DNA from: Verrucomicrobiales bacterium
GTDB lineage: Bacteria > Verrucomicrobiota > Verrucomicrobiia > Verrucomicrobiales > V1-33
Assembly (NCBI GenBank): GCA_031411295.1
Contig: JANOAV010000122.1
Span: 28,466-92,465, forward strand
Length of the DNA: 64,000 bases
Direction of reading: 5' to 3'
A program made the position numbers and the translations under genes. Every line of letters starts with the position of its first letter. Positions within the stretch are counted from its first letter, which is position 1. Shown here piece after piece: positions 40,075 through 49,794 of the stretch. A model generated the notes under the pieces. It was not told the origin of the DNA. It saw nothing but the letters and a program-made list of their open reading frames with translations, and did no database searches.

Positions 40075-41451
40075 CTACCGATGAAATGCCATTTCCTCCA
40101 AACGGGCGACGCGCGCATTCAGCCGATGAGCCACAATCATCACCCCTAATCCCGCAGCCACGACAAATCCGAAACCATACCAAGCCTCGTTGAGTTTGAT
40201 GGTGAGGAAACCCAGTCCAGCATTGGTCAGCGCGAAAACCGCACTGGCAAGCAGGGCGCCCCTTTGATCGTCAAAGTAGAATAAAGCCGTCAGCATGCTG
40301 AGGAAGCAAACCAGCAGAAACGCCCCGAAAAGGGTCACTTGGAAGATCCCTGCCTGGGTGGCTCCGATGCCAAACGACTCCGCAATCGGCCGCGCGAAGG
40401 CCACCAGCAGGGCGGTGGTCAGCAACTGAACTTTAAATAATTGGGCCAGGCCAGACCGCAGCGTCGTGATGACATTTTGCTTCGCTTGACGGATGTCTGA
40501 GAGTGATCCGCCATCCTGAATCGAATCGAAAAACGCCTGATACCGATCCGCAAATTCCGTTTCCAGCTTCAGGAAAAATACCGCCATGCCCGGCACAATA
40601 CTCAGCAGGCTGAGGTAGATGGCCGTGTCATAGATGGGTGCTGCGTAGAGGCTGCCGGAAATATTTTGCCGGCTCTCTGCGAACCACCAGAACATCAATT
40701 TGTCCGCCCAGATTCCCAGATTATAGAAAAACCCGCAGGCCATCAGCATGGGGAAACGGAAAAAATAACCCAGGAAATCCCACGCATTGGCCGTGCTCGA
40801 ATGTCCGCCCGCGCCGAATTCCCGATGCAGGCAGAGCATTAGCAGGACGAACAAAACTCCGTGCCCGGCGGCAAAGCCCAGGATGATGGCGTCCTCCCCA
40901 TAAACTTTAGCGGATAGATAGGCCAGAACACAACTCGCGGCATAGCCGAAAAAGAAACTCCAGACCACACTCTTATAATCCCGCAGGGCGGTCAGGTAAT
41001 TGGAAATGATGAAAATGCAGCTGACCATCACCAGCAAAGCGACCGCTGACATACGATACAGCACCGTGCCATCGACCATCGTGCCAAAGAAAATGCCTCC
41101 CACAGCCAATGCGAGCACGGCAGTCAAGGTCAGCGCGCCATAGCAAGCGGGGAAAATACTGTCCCGCTTCTTGGCAAAGAATTTATCCGCCGCATGGCGT
41201 GTCAGCACCAACTGTTGCGGACCCACCAGGATCAGGGAAAAGGCGTAGCAATGGGTAACTGAGGCGGAGAAAAGTTGGATGGATTCTTTCGACAGGAAGA
41301 GATGTAACACCCGCGTGAGGAACACCAACGACAGGATGGAAATGATCCACGGTCCACTGCTGATGACGCCGGAAAATGCATAGGACCGGAAAATACTCTC
41401 CAGCGAGCCACTGCGGCTGATTTTACGAAGTTCGAAGCCAATGCCTGCCAT
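40075..41451 (-). CDS. pelG: Pel exopolysaccharide membrane protein PelG
   Basis: MAGIGFELRK N-terminus, SSGPWIISI, YNLGIWADK, YDTAIYLS..SIVPGM, ETEFADRY; about 12 TM helices. Confidence 0.92.
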   Translation of the reverse strand: MAGIGFELRKISRSGSLESIFRSYAFSGVISSGPWIISILSLVFLTRVLHLFLSKESIQLFSASVTHCYAFSLILVGPQQLVLTRHAADKFFAKKRDSIFPACYGALTLTAVLALAVGGIFFGTMVDGTVLYRMSAVALLVMVSCIFIISNYLTALRDYKSVVWSFFFGYAASCVLAYLSAKVYGEDAIILGFAAGHGVLFVLLMLCLHREFGAGGHSSTANAWDFLGYFFRFPMLMACGFFYNLGIWADKLMFWWFAESRQNISGSLYAAPIYDTAIYLSLLSIVPGMAVFFLKLETEFADRYQAFFDSIQDGGSLSDIRQAKQNVITTLRSGLAQLFKVQLLTTALLVAFARPIAESFGIGATQAGIFQVTLFGAFLLVCFLSMLTALFYFDDQRGALLASAVFALTNAGLGFLTIKLNEAWYGFGFVVAAGLGVMIVAHRLNARVARLEEMAFHR

Positions 41452-41457
41452 AAGATT

Positions 41458-43086
41458 TTATCGGGAAATTACGTTGGTGGTGGGCCGGACCGCCGGCACA
41501 TTGCTTGTGGTATCGGATTTCACGCGGTGCAACGGCCCCAAGCCAGTGCGGCTGAAATCTTTGGGGGTGAGTTGATAGAGTTGGCGGTAGCGCTTAATCA
41601 CCGTTTGGCTGGCATAATGCGCTTCCACCCGCTGCCGCCCGGCATCGCCCATCTGATCCCCCAACAGCGGATCGGTCAGGATTCGGATCATGCCATCAGC
41701 TAGCTGCTCAGCATTGCCCACCGGAACTACGAACCCTCCCGGACCGAAGTTGGGTTTCTCCTCCGGGCGGCCCTCGATCAATTCCCGACAGGCTCCCACA
41801 TCCGTGCTGACGATCGGCACGCCCGCCGCATAGCTCTCCAACACCACAAAGGGCAGTCCTTCGCTAATGCTCGTCAGCAGCATCAAATCCAATTCCCCCA
41901 GCAGTTCGTGCACTTTCACTGAGCCGAGGAACTTAACATGATCCTGCAAGCCCAGATGCTGCACCAACGTCTGACATTCCTCGGCATAAGCGGGCTCCTC
42001 ATCCATTGGCCCAGCGATAAGGAACTGCGTATCCGGCAACACATTCACCACCAACCGTGCACTCTTAAGGAGGGTTTTCACATCTTTAATTGGGACCACA
42101 CGCCCAATGAATCCCACGTTCTTCCGCCCATAATTCAGTTGCCGGGCGGCCCGACGTTTCCCCCGCAACTGGTAGAAATCGGGCACGTGAATCCCATTTG
42201 GAATAATCTCAATCCGACACGGGTCCGCCCCGAACTCCACCTGCGTGCGGGCGTTATTTTCAAAGAGCGAAGTCACATAATTAGCCGTCTGATAAGCGAA
42301 CCGCCCGAGTAGCTTGAAAAACTCGATCCAGATCAGGCGCAACATGGCCGGCTGGCGATACAAATCCGGGCGGATCACTGGCGGATCCGTAATCCACCGG
42401 GCCTTCTGCAATTCAGACACCCGCTCCCGCACATAGATTCCATGTTCGCTCAGCAGGAAGGCTGATTCATAATTGCTGGCCGCAATTCCTGCGGCAAAGC
42501 CTGCGTAGCCGGTGCACAGACTGTGATACATCCGGGCTGGTGGAACCTGCTCGCTGGCGGATACGATTTTCCAAATCGGTTCACACAAGGCCCGCACGGC
42601 CCAGAAAAAGTCCAGAAACGATTCCTCTGGCGCGTGCTTTTCATAGATGTCACACACCAAACCCCAGACGGTGGGATGATTCCACACCGCATCGAAACTG
42701 GCTACCTTGGAAACCTTCATGATCTTCCGCGCAATGGCCAGAAAAGCCGTCGTCTCGGCTGGGCCTGCGCTCGGCTCCATCAGAAACGCTCGCAGCATTC
42801 CCATTAATTCCTCGCAATCATCATCTGGCGCCCGGCCTGATCCCCCGCCGCCGCGTGCTGGCTCGTGCAGGTATATTTCCTCGATGCTGATGATGTTCGG
42901 TGGCAGCGTGTATTTGAATTTCACGTTGGCGGCCTTTTCTGACCCGATAAAAAACAGAGAGAACTGATACTCCGGCAGCGCGTTAATGATCTGGTGAACC
43001 CAAGTCGAAACCCCGCCTGACACGTAGGGGTAGGTGCCTTCCAAAAGGAGGCAGACGTCTGGTTTCGGCTGAAAGGCGCTTTTCAT
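41458..43086 (-). CDS. pelF: GT4 glycosyltransferase PelF
   Basis: DVCLLLEGTYPYVSGGVSTWVHQII, LSEHGIYVRER, GRVVPIKDVKT, LTSISEGLP; start placed at MKSAFQ. Confidence 0.92.
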   Translation of the reverse strand: MKSAFQPKPDVCLLLEGTYPYVSGGVSTWVHQIINALPEYQFSLFFIGSEKAANVKFKYTLPPNIISIEEIYLHEPARGGGGSGRAPDDDCEELMGMLRAFLMEPSAGPAETTAFLAIARKIMKVSKVASFDAVWNHPTVWGLVCDIYEKHAPEESFLDFFWAVRALCEPIWKIVSASEQVPPARMYHSLCTGYAGFAAGIAASNYESAFLLSEHGIYVRERVSELQKARWITDPPVIRPDLYRQPAMLRLIWIEFFKLLGRFAYQTANYVTSLFENNARTQVEFGADPCRIEIIPNGIHVPDFYQLRGKRRAARQLNYGRKNVGFIGRVVPIKDVKTLLKSARLVVNVLPDTQFLIAGPMDEEPAYAEECQTLVQHLGLQDHVKFLGSVKVHELLGELDLMLLTSISEGLPFVVLESYAAGVPIVSTDVGACRELIEGRPEEKPNFGPGGFVVPVGNAEQLADGMIRILTDPLLGDQMGDAGRQRVEAHYASQTVIKRYRQLYQLTPKDFSRTGLGPLHRVKSDTTSNVPAVRPTTNVISR

Positions 43087-43107
43087 GCAGAGCGGGTGGC
43101 TTGACAA

Positions 43108-43215
43108 TTATAACACATATAATAATTACTAATAAATAAATTCTAGAACATCTTAGTCAATCTGACTAGTCCAAAATGGTAAAATTTGCACGGATGATGG
43201 GTCAGAATGACAGGT
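43108..43215. promoter_or_regulatory. AT-rich pelF upstream region with two GTCA-N3-TGAC palindromes
   Basis: TAGTCA-ATC-TGACTA at 43154-43168 and GTCA-GAA-TGAC at 43201-43211. Confidence 0.35.
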
Positions 43216-43608
43216 TAGGGGCACCCCAGCCAGCTTAAACTGCGCCAGATCCAGTCATTTCAAGATCATTTTGAAGCCCCGCGCATGATTTTGGTGTGCC
43301 CCGGAAAGGTGCAGCGTTGGGCAGCAACGACTGTGTGGAGCGCGGTCTGGCCGATGCTCCTCCGCCCGCCCCGTAGGGTGCCATCTCATCAGCCTTTGGG
43401 TGGTCATAACTGACGGAGCCTGGTCCATGCCATCCTTGCTTTGGAAGTGGTTATTAGATCCACCTTTGCTATTTTTGCTTGAGATCCCGCTTACCTCCGC
43501 CCATAGACATGACGAGCCTGACTATGGGCAGGCGGGTGATGCGGCAAGTTCCACGCATACCAGCAATTGAGGATTTAGGGAACGGCTCCCATTTTTCATC
43601 CCTCTATT

Positions 43609-44778
43609 TTGTCAGTCAACTTCACCAGTTACATCTCCGCCGCCGAGGCCGCCTGCGCCCTTGGGAGCACGCTTGCGGACTGCGCTGACGCAGTGCGATG
43701 GGGGAAATGTGGGCTGCGCCCGTTAGGTGAGTTGGTGTCGGCTCCTGGTTTGGAAACGCTGCCCTGTGGTTGGATTCAGGATCGGGAGCTGCTCAAAGGC
43801 CGGCGTTATGGTGTGGCGACCAATGTGGCGCTGCACGTGGCGCGCGGTGCCTTGGCGCAGACGGATTGGACGCCTGATGAGATTGCCGATGCGTGGATCT
43901 TTGCGGGCACGAGTCGGGGGAATGCGATGGAAGTTTACGGCCACACCGCCTGGCGCAGGCCGGTTGGGCGGTTTGCGGCCAGCAACACCTTGCCGAGTGA
44001 AATTCCCGCCGCCATCAGCATCGAGCTGGGAGTGAAGGGTCCGTGGCAATTGCTTTCCAATGCCTGCGCGGCGGGGTTGGATGCCTTGGGGATGGCGCAT
44101 CTGGCGCTGGCATCGGGGGCCTGTGAGCGGGCATTAGTGGTGGCAGTGGAGCTACCGTTAGTGCCGGAATTATTGCGCACGTTTCAGCAAAGCGGCTTGC
44201 TCTCGAAGAATCATCTGAACGATCCCTATCATCCCGATACCGCTGGACTATTGCCTGCGGAAGCCGCCGCCGCTGTGACCCTGGAAGCGAAACCCCGCGG
44301 CCCGGCTTTGGCAAAACTTTGTGGCTACTGGGCCTCTAGTGATGCTTATCACCCACTAGCAGTGCCGGCCGATGGGCGTGGTCTGCGGGCGTGCTTGGAT
44401 CTGATGCGGCGGGAATTTCCTGACCTCTCCTTGGGCGGCATCTGCCCTCATGCCACTGGCACCGCAGAGCAGGGTCGTGCGGAGCAGGCGGTGCTGAGGG
44501 AGTGGCTAGGGGCGGACTATGGCGCGGTTCCCCTGGCTTTACTGAAGCCGCTTACAGGGCATTCCCTGGGTGCCAGTGGGCTATTGGAAGTAGCGCTCAT
44601 GGGCGCATTTCTGAAGGAAGGACAATTTCCGCCGAGTCTTGCTGGACTCACAGGTGCTGGCGTGGCCACCATTTCATCGCAGATCCGTCCCGACCAAGTT
44701 GCGTTAAAAATGGCCAGCGGCATGGGCGGGCATAATGCGTTGATAGCGCTGCAACCGGCCCCGTGGAGGGCGAGGTAA
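43609..44778 (+). CDS. Beta-ketoacyl-ACP synthase (FabB/FabF-like)
   Basis: SNACAAG (Cys), PHATGT and KPLTGHSLGASG (His, His), SGMGGHNA; start codon uncertain. Confidence 0.85.
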   Translation: MSVNFTSYISAAEAACALGSTLADCADAVRWGKCGLRPLGELVSAPGLETLPCGWIQDRELLKGRRYGVATNVALHVARGALAQTDWTPDEIADAWIFAGTSRGNAMEVYGHTAWRRPVGRFAASNTLPSEIPAAISIELGVKGPWQLLSNACAAGLDALGMAHLALASGACERALVVAVELPLVPELLRTFQQSGLLSKNHLNDPYHPDTAGLLPAEAAAAVTLEAKPRGPALAKLCGYWASSDAYHPLAVPADGRGLRACLDLMRREFPDLSLGGICPHATGTAEQGRAEQAVLREWLGADYGAVPLALLKPLTGHSLGASGLLEVALMGAFLKEGQFPPSLAGLTGAGVATISSQIRPDQVALKMASGMGGHNALIALQPAPWRAR

Positions 44779-44834
44779 CGAGACCAGTAACAGGCAACGG
44801 TTTTACAGTCGGTTAGTCTCCTGCCTCCTTTCGC

Positions 44835-45497
44835 TCAGCGTGGCGCTGGTCTCGTTACCTCGCCCTCCACGGGGCTCCGGAGTTGAGCCAGTGGCACGCT
44901 GTCGTCCACGTAGAGCCAGTGCTCCATGGCGGCAGCGATGGCTGGCCATTCGTGGTCCAACATGGCGAACCATGTGGTATCCCGGTTCTGACCTTTGCTT
45001 AGCATGTGCTGCCGAAAGAGCCCCTCGTATTGGAAGCCTAATCGTAAAGCAGCCGCTCGGCTCCGGGCATTGGCAGCATCACATTTCCATTCCACCCGAC
45101 GATACCCCAACTGGAATAAATATTTCAAGAGCAGGTAAACAGTCTCCGTATTGGCTTTGGTGCGTTGCGCAGCGGGCGCATACCAGATGTAACCCAGTTC
45201 AGCGACCCCATGGTCCGGTGTGATTCGAAGGATGGAGATGCTGCCGATCGGTTGGTGATCCACTGCATTCCTAACAGTAAAGGCAATGGAATCCGCCGCC
45301 GTCATGCGCGTTTCCAGCCATGCCTGCATGTCGAGCGCGTTGGCAAATGGCCCTACGGAAACATGACGCCACATGGATTCGACCGTGGCGGGCTCGTGGG
45401 AGCCTAACCATAGTTGGGCAGCGTCCGCGTGAGCGTCCAGTGGGGTTAGGGAAACGTGACGTCCCTCATGAGTCTGAGCTTGGGGGAGCGGGAACAT
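44835..45497 (-). CDS. GNAT N-acetyltransferase, RimJ/RimL family
   Basis: LGYRRVEWKCDAANARSRAAALRLGFQYEGLFRQH, NRDTTWF. Confidence 0.9.
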   Translation of the reverse strand: MFPLPQAQTHEGRHVSLTPLDAHADAAQLWLGSHEPATVESMWRHVSVGPFANALDMQAWLETRMTAADSIAFTVRNAVDHQPIGSISILRITPDHGVAELGYIWYAPAAQRTKANTETVYLLLKYLFQLGYRRVEWKCDAANARSRAAALRLGFQYEGLFRQHMLSKGQNRDTTWFAMLDHEWPAIAAAMEHWLYVDDSVPLAQLRSPVEGEVTRPAPR

Positions 45498-45498
45498 T

Positions 45499-46266
45499 TC
45501 ACCAAGGGGATGCTCCGCCGTTGACGCACAGCGTTTGGCCGGAAACAAAGGAGGCTTCTTGACTGGCGAAGAACACCGCGGCAGCGGCCACGTCATCAGG
45601 AATACCCCAGCGCCCCATGGGGATCGTTTTGAAATAGTTGTCTTTGTCCTCCTGAGGATCGTTGTCGTGGCGCTCGGTGGGGATCCAGCCAGGGGCGATG
45701 ATATTTACCGTGATGCCGAAGGGAGCCAGTTCCTTGGCCAGCGAGCGCGTCTGCCCCAGTTGACCACCTTTGGCGCTAACATAGGGTGCAAAGTTCGGCA
45801 CGGAGCGTTGGAAGACCTCGCTGCCAATGTTGATGATGCGCCCCCATTGCTTGGCCTTCATCCCTGGCACGATGGCCTGGGATAACAGAAACGGACTCTT
45901 CACGAAGAAATCCAACATCTGCTGGAAGAACGCCCAGTCATACTGCTCGAGCGGCTTCAGCGGCTGAGCGGGCGTGGCATTTGGCACCAGAATATCGATC
46001 GGGCCCAGCTGGGCACTCACCTCCGTCACCATGCGGGAAATTTCACCCGCATCGCTCGCATCCGCCCGCACGATCATCCCCTGCCCACCGGCGGCCTGAA
46101 ACTCAGCAAACGTCTTCTGGGCCGCCGCTTCGTTGTTCAGATAATTGAATGCCACCTTGGCCCCGCGCTTGCCCAGCGCAAAAGCAATTGCCTTGCCGAG
46201 ACCACGGGAGCTTCCAGTAACCAAGGCCACATGGCCTTCCAGCGAGAATGAGAAATCGTAATTCAT
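45499..46266 (-). CDS. SDR family oxidoreductase (FabG-like)
   Basis: [22 protein letters not shown]. Confidence 0.9.
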   Translation of the reverse strand: MNYDFSFSLEGHVALVTGSSRGLGKAIAFALGKRGAKVAFNYLNNEAAAQKTFAEFQAAGGQGMIVRADASDAGEISRMVTEVSAQLGPIDILVPNATPAQPLKPLEQYDWAFFQQMLDFFVKSPFLLSQAIVPGMKAKQWGRIINIGSEVFQRSVPNFAPYVSAKGGQLGQTRSLAKELAPFGITVNIIAPGWIPTERHDNDPQEDKDNYFKTIPMGRWGIPDDVAAAAVFFASQEASFVSGQTLCVNGGASPW

Positions 46267-46332
46267 AAGTTGCCCACAGAGCCGGAGATTGGCTCGATTG
46301 TCAAGATGCGGGCACTCCGCGTGTGAGAGTCA

Positions 46333-47310
46333 TTAGTTCGCTGCGCCCGCTGGCGCAACTGGCTTGGCCTCTACTTTCTTTTGCTTCGGTGGCGGTGGGA
46401 CCACGTAGGCGGGATTGGTGTAGGCTTCTGGAGCGGCAGTTTTGATGTTGGGGGTGAGGTCACCCTTGGCATCGCCCAGGGCAAATTTCACACCGCCGAT
46501 GAGGATTTTCTGGAAGATGGGGTTGGTCCACACATCTTCGCGATGCCCCATGGCGGTATACCACACACGGCCAGTGCCTTCTGCTCGGGCCCACGTGCTG
46601 GGGTAAGGTGGACGTTTGTAGTCATCCCCCTTCATGGCAGGCGCATCAATCACGCTGAGCACGTGAATGTCAGGCGCGAAGTCCTTCAGCGAATACCATT
46701 CTTCCATGAAACCAAAGTCGGCTCCCACCGTTTCGAAGCCGGGAAATTTGGGATCAATCACGGTATTTTTGGCTTCCTGTTGCGCATCGTGTTTGATGAA
46801 TTCGCCACCGAGGAATTTCACATAGGGATCGGCCTTCTCGCCATGGTTCTTGTAGCGTTCCGGGCCTTTCTTATCCTCGTTGTCGGTGTGGAAAGTATCG
46901 CTGGCGGAATGCGTGCCGACGAAGCCCTTGCCAGCCTTCACATAGTCGAACAAGGCTTGCTTACCCTCTGGGCTCATGGCTGGTTGCTTGTCCGTGCCGG
47001 GGGTGGTTAGATCTCCCGTAGTGTAGAAGAACACCGCATCGAATTGCTTGAGGTAGTCCTTACTGAAGAGCGAGCCGTCCTTGGAGAACGTGAACTCCCA
47101 GCCTTCCTTGTCACCCAACTCCTTGAGGACCGTTTCTGCATGGCTGGGCTGCCCCTTTTTCCAAGAAATGACGGAATGCTCGAAGCCGCTGGATTTCGTG
47201 AAGAAAAGGATTTTCCGCTTGGCGGAAGCGTTGGCGGCAGGTGCGAAATTCAACGCCAAGACCAAACTGGCCAAGGCTCCAAGGGCGAGAGTGAAGGTAA
47301 ATTTTTTCAT
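46333..47310 (-). CDS. ThuA domain protein, secreted
   Basis: ILFFTKSSGFEHS, GFVGTHSASDT, EEWY, GRVWYTAMGH; signal peptide. Confidence 0.85.
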   Translation of the reverse strand: MKKFTFTLALGALASLVLALNFAPAANASAKRKILFFTKSSGFEHSVISWKKGQPSHAETVLKELGDKEGWEFTFSKDGSLFSKDYLKQFDAVFFYTTGDLTTPGTDKQPAMSPEGKQALFDYVKAGKGFVGTHSASDTFHTDNEDKKGPERYKNHGEKADPYVKFLGGEFIKHDAQQEAKNTVIDPKFPGFETVGADFGFMEEWYSLKDFAPDIHVLSVIDAPAMKGDDYKRPPYPSTWARAEGTGRVWYTAMGHREDVWTNPIFQKILIGGVKFALGDAKGDLTPNIKTAAPEAYTNPAYVVPPPPKQKKVEAKPVAPAGAAN

Positions 47311-47379
47311 GATGTCATTGCGCATACAAGGTTCGACGTGGTAACGCCATAGAAATTTCACCCATCTTCAATTAAAGCC

Positions 47380-47757
47380 ATGTCATCAACCAAGCCAGAA
47401 ATCGTGGTCGTGCTGGGTGCCAGCAATCAACCAGAACGCTACTCATATTTAGCCGTGAAGCTGCTTCAGGAGCACGGCCATACCGTGGTTCCGGTGCATC
47501 CGGCCTTGGCGGAAATTCTCGGACTGCCCGTGGTGCCAGAGCTTGGCAAAATCACAGAACCGGTGGACACCCTGACGCTTTATCTGGGCCCCGAACGGCT
47601 GGAGAAACTGATCCCAGACATCGTGCAGCTGAACCCCAAGCGGGTGATCTTCAATCCCGGCACGGAATCTGCCAGCGTGCAAAGCGCCTTGGACGCAGCG
47701 GGCATTCCCTGGCTGGAAGCCTGCACGCTGGTGCTGCTGCGCACCGGACAGTTTTAG
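47380..47757 (+). CDS. CoA-binding protein (YccU-like)
   Basis: VLGASNQPERYS, PVHP, RVIFNPGTE, EACTLV. Confidence 0.9.
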   Translation: MSSTKPEIVVVLGASNQPERYSYLAVKLLQEHGHTVVPVHPALAEILGLPVVPELGKITEPVDTLTLYLGPERLEKLIPDIVQLNPKRVIFNPGTESASVQSALDAAGIPWLEACTLVLLRTGQF

Positions 47758-47828
47758 GTTTAAGGTTAAGGTTAACGGAGGGCTACAGAACTACTTGGCG
47801 GCAGCCGATTTCGGTTTAAGATGCGGGC

Positions 47829-49055
47829 ATGAAATTAACCCGCCTTCCCATTCTGTTCTGCCTGTTTGCACTTTGGACATCCGCCCAGGCCGACGATTGG
47901 GCGCAGTGGCGCGGCCCCAAGCGCGACGGGCAAGCGCCCGCAGCACCCGTTTGGCCCACAGGACTTGGGGGCTTGCAGCAGAAGTGGCGCGTGGAGTTGG
48001 ACGCGAGTTACTCAGGTCCGTTAGTGGTCGGAGACACCGTCATTACCACTGCCAGCAAGGACAAGACCTTTGAGTTAGCCATCGCGTTGGATCGAGCCAC
48101 CGGGAAGGAGAAATGGCGGGTGCAGTGGGAGGGACATCAAGGCGTGCCCTTCTACGCGGCTTCCAATGGCGATTGGATTCGATCCACTCCAGCCTGTGAT
48201 GGAACCACCGTTTACATCGCAGGCATGCGCGATGTGCTCGTCGCCTTGAATTTGGAGACCGGGAAAGAAAAATGGCGGGTCGATTTTGTCAAAGATTTGG
48301 CTGCCAAGCCGCCGGCCTTCGGATTCGTTTGCAGTCCCTTACTGGATGGCGATTTCGTTTACGTGCAGGCAGGCGGGGCTTTCTGTAAACTGGCCAAGAG
48401 CACCGGGAAGCTGATCTGGAAGAGTTTGGAAGACGGTGGGGGAACCAATGGCAGCGCGTTCGCCTCCCCCATCATCGCAGAACTTGGCGGCACCCGGCAA
48501 CTGGTGGTGCAAACCCGCAAGAACCTCTGTGGCGTAAATATTGACACCGGAGCGGAACTCTGGTCGCAGCCGATCCCAGCATTTCAAGGGATGAACATCC
48601 TAACTCCCGTAGTGAAATCCAATCGCCTCTTCACCAGCGCCTATGGCGGGAAAACGCAGGCGTTTGCCTTCGATAAAAAGGATGGGGCACATCCCCTAAG
48701 TTTGCAGTGGGAGCACAAAGCAGAAGCCTACATGTCCACCCCGGTGGTGATCGCAGGCAAGGTGTTCCTGCATCTTCGCAACCAGCGGATCACGTGCTTC
48801 GATCTGGCCACCGGTCAACAGCATTGGGTCACGGATGAGAAGTTCGGGAAATACATGAGCATGGTGGCGCAGGGAGATCGCATTCTGGCGCTGGATGAAC
48901 GCGGTCTGCTCCTCCTCATCAAAGCCAATCCAGAGAAATTTGAACTGATCGAGCAAAAGAAAGTCAGCGACCAAGACGCGTGGGCGCACTTGGCGATCAG
49001 CGGGAAAGCCCTTTATATCAGGGAACTCAAGGCGCTGAGTTGCTGGACCTGGTGA
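47829..49055 (+). CDS. PQQ-binding-like beta-propeller protein
   Basis: DDWAQWRGP, ALDRATGKEKW repeats, AWAHLAI. Confidence 0.85.
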   Translation: MKLTRLPILFCLFALWTSAQADDWAQWRGPKRDGQAPAAPVWPTGLGGLQQKWRVELDASYSGPLVVGDTVITTASKDKTFELAIALDRATGKEKWRVQWEGHQGVPFYAASNGDWIRSTPACDGTTVYIAGMRDVLVALNLETGKEKWRVDFVKDLAAKPPAFGFVCSPLLDGDFVYVQAGGAFCKLAKSTGKLIWKSLEDGGGTNGSAFASPIIAELGGTRQLVVQTRKNLCGVNIDTGAELWSQPIPAFQGMNILTPVVKSNRLFTSAYGGKTQAFAFDKKDGAHPLSLQWEHKAEAYMSTPVVIAGKVFLHLRNQRITCFDLATGQQHWVTDEKFGKYMSMVAQGDRILALDERGLLLLIKANPEKFELIEQKKVSDQDAWAHLAISGKALYIRELKALSCWTW

Positions 49056-49063
49056 GCTGCCAG

Positions 49064-49741
49064 CTACTTCATCACCCGTCCTGGACGCTGCGTGATATGA
49101 ACCATGGCCGCCGCGCCCAAGATTGGCATGAACAGATTCAATATCGGCACGACGCCCAACAGGGTAATGGCCAGTCCCGTCCAGAAGACGGACCCCCAAC
49201 GCGCGTTGCGGGCGGCATCCACCTCCCCGCCAGACAACCGCCGCAGTGCCACCACCTCGAAATACTCCCGTCCCGCCAGGAAGCCGTTGAGCACCGCATA
49301 GACCGCGGCACCACTCCCCATGAAAAACATCATCCCCAGATAGATGGGTGCAGCGCCCAGATTCAAGGAGAGCATCACGAGAAAGAACTTCAGGGCTCGC
49401 CAGATGGCAGTCCAGAACGGAGCCCCATCGGCAGGGGGTAAATGAGGATAATATTTCGCGTCCACGCAATCCGCCACCGCCTCCTGGAAGAAGCTCTGCA
49501 CCAGCACGAACATCGTCGGGAAAACAAAACAGGTGGCCACGAAGCTGACCACGACGCCCCCCCAACTCAGCCACGTTTGGAGACGCGGCCAATGCGTGGC
49601 CCCCCAATGCAGGAGCCCACTCATCGCAGCCCACAAGGCCACGAAGCACACGAGGGAAACAAGCATACTCCACCCCAAAAGTTTCCACATCTTGGGATCG
49701 GTCAGGAGCTGGATAGCGGCTTTGCGGAAAGCATTTAACAT
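49064..49741 (-). CDS. EI24/CysZ-like membrane protein
   Basis: FFQEAVADCVDAKYYP, NGFLAGREYFEVVALRR, VPILNLFMP. Confidence 0.8.
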   Translation of the reverse strand: MLNAFRKAAIQLLTDPKMWKLLGWSMLVSLVCFVALWAAMSGLLHWGATHWPRLQTWLSWGGVVVSFVATCFVFPTMFVLVQSFFQEAVADCVDAKYYPHLPPADGAPFWTAIWRALKFFLVMLSLNLGAAPIYLGMMFFMGSGAAVYAVLNGFLAGREYFEVVALRRLSGGEVDAARNARWGSVFWTGLAITLLGVVPILNLFMPILGAAAMVHITQRPGRVMK

Positions 49742-49794
49742 TAGCCAAATGGATCGAGCTTTCCCGCTCGCGCAAGCGGGTTGGTGGGGTTCGA

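Noticed and set aside
48696..49775. 359-aa alternative minus-strand ORF
   Set aside because: Overlaps two better-supported genes; no recognisable motifs
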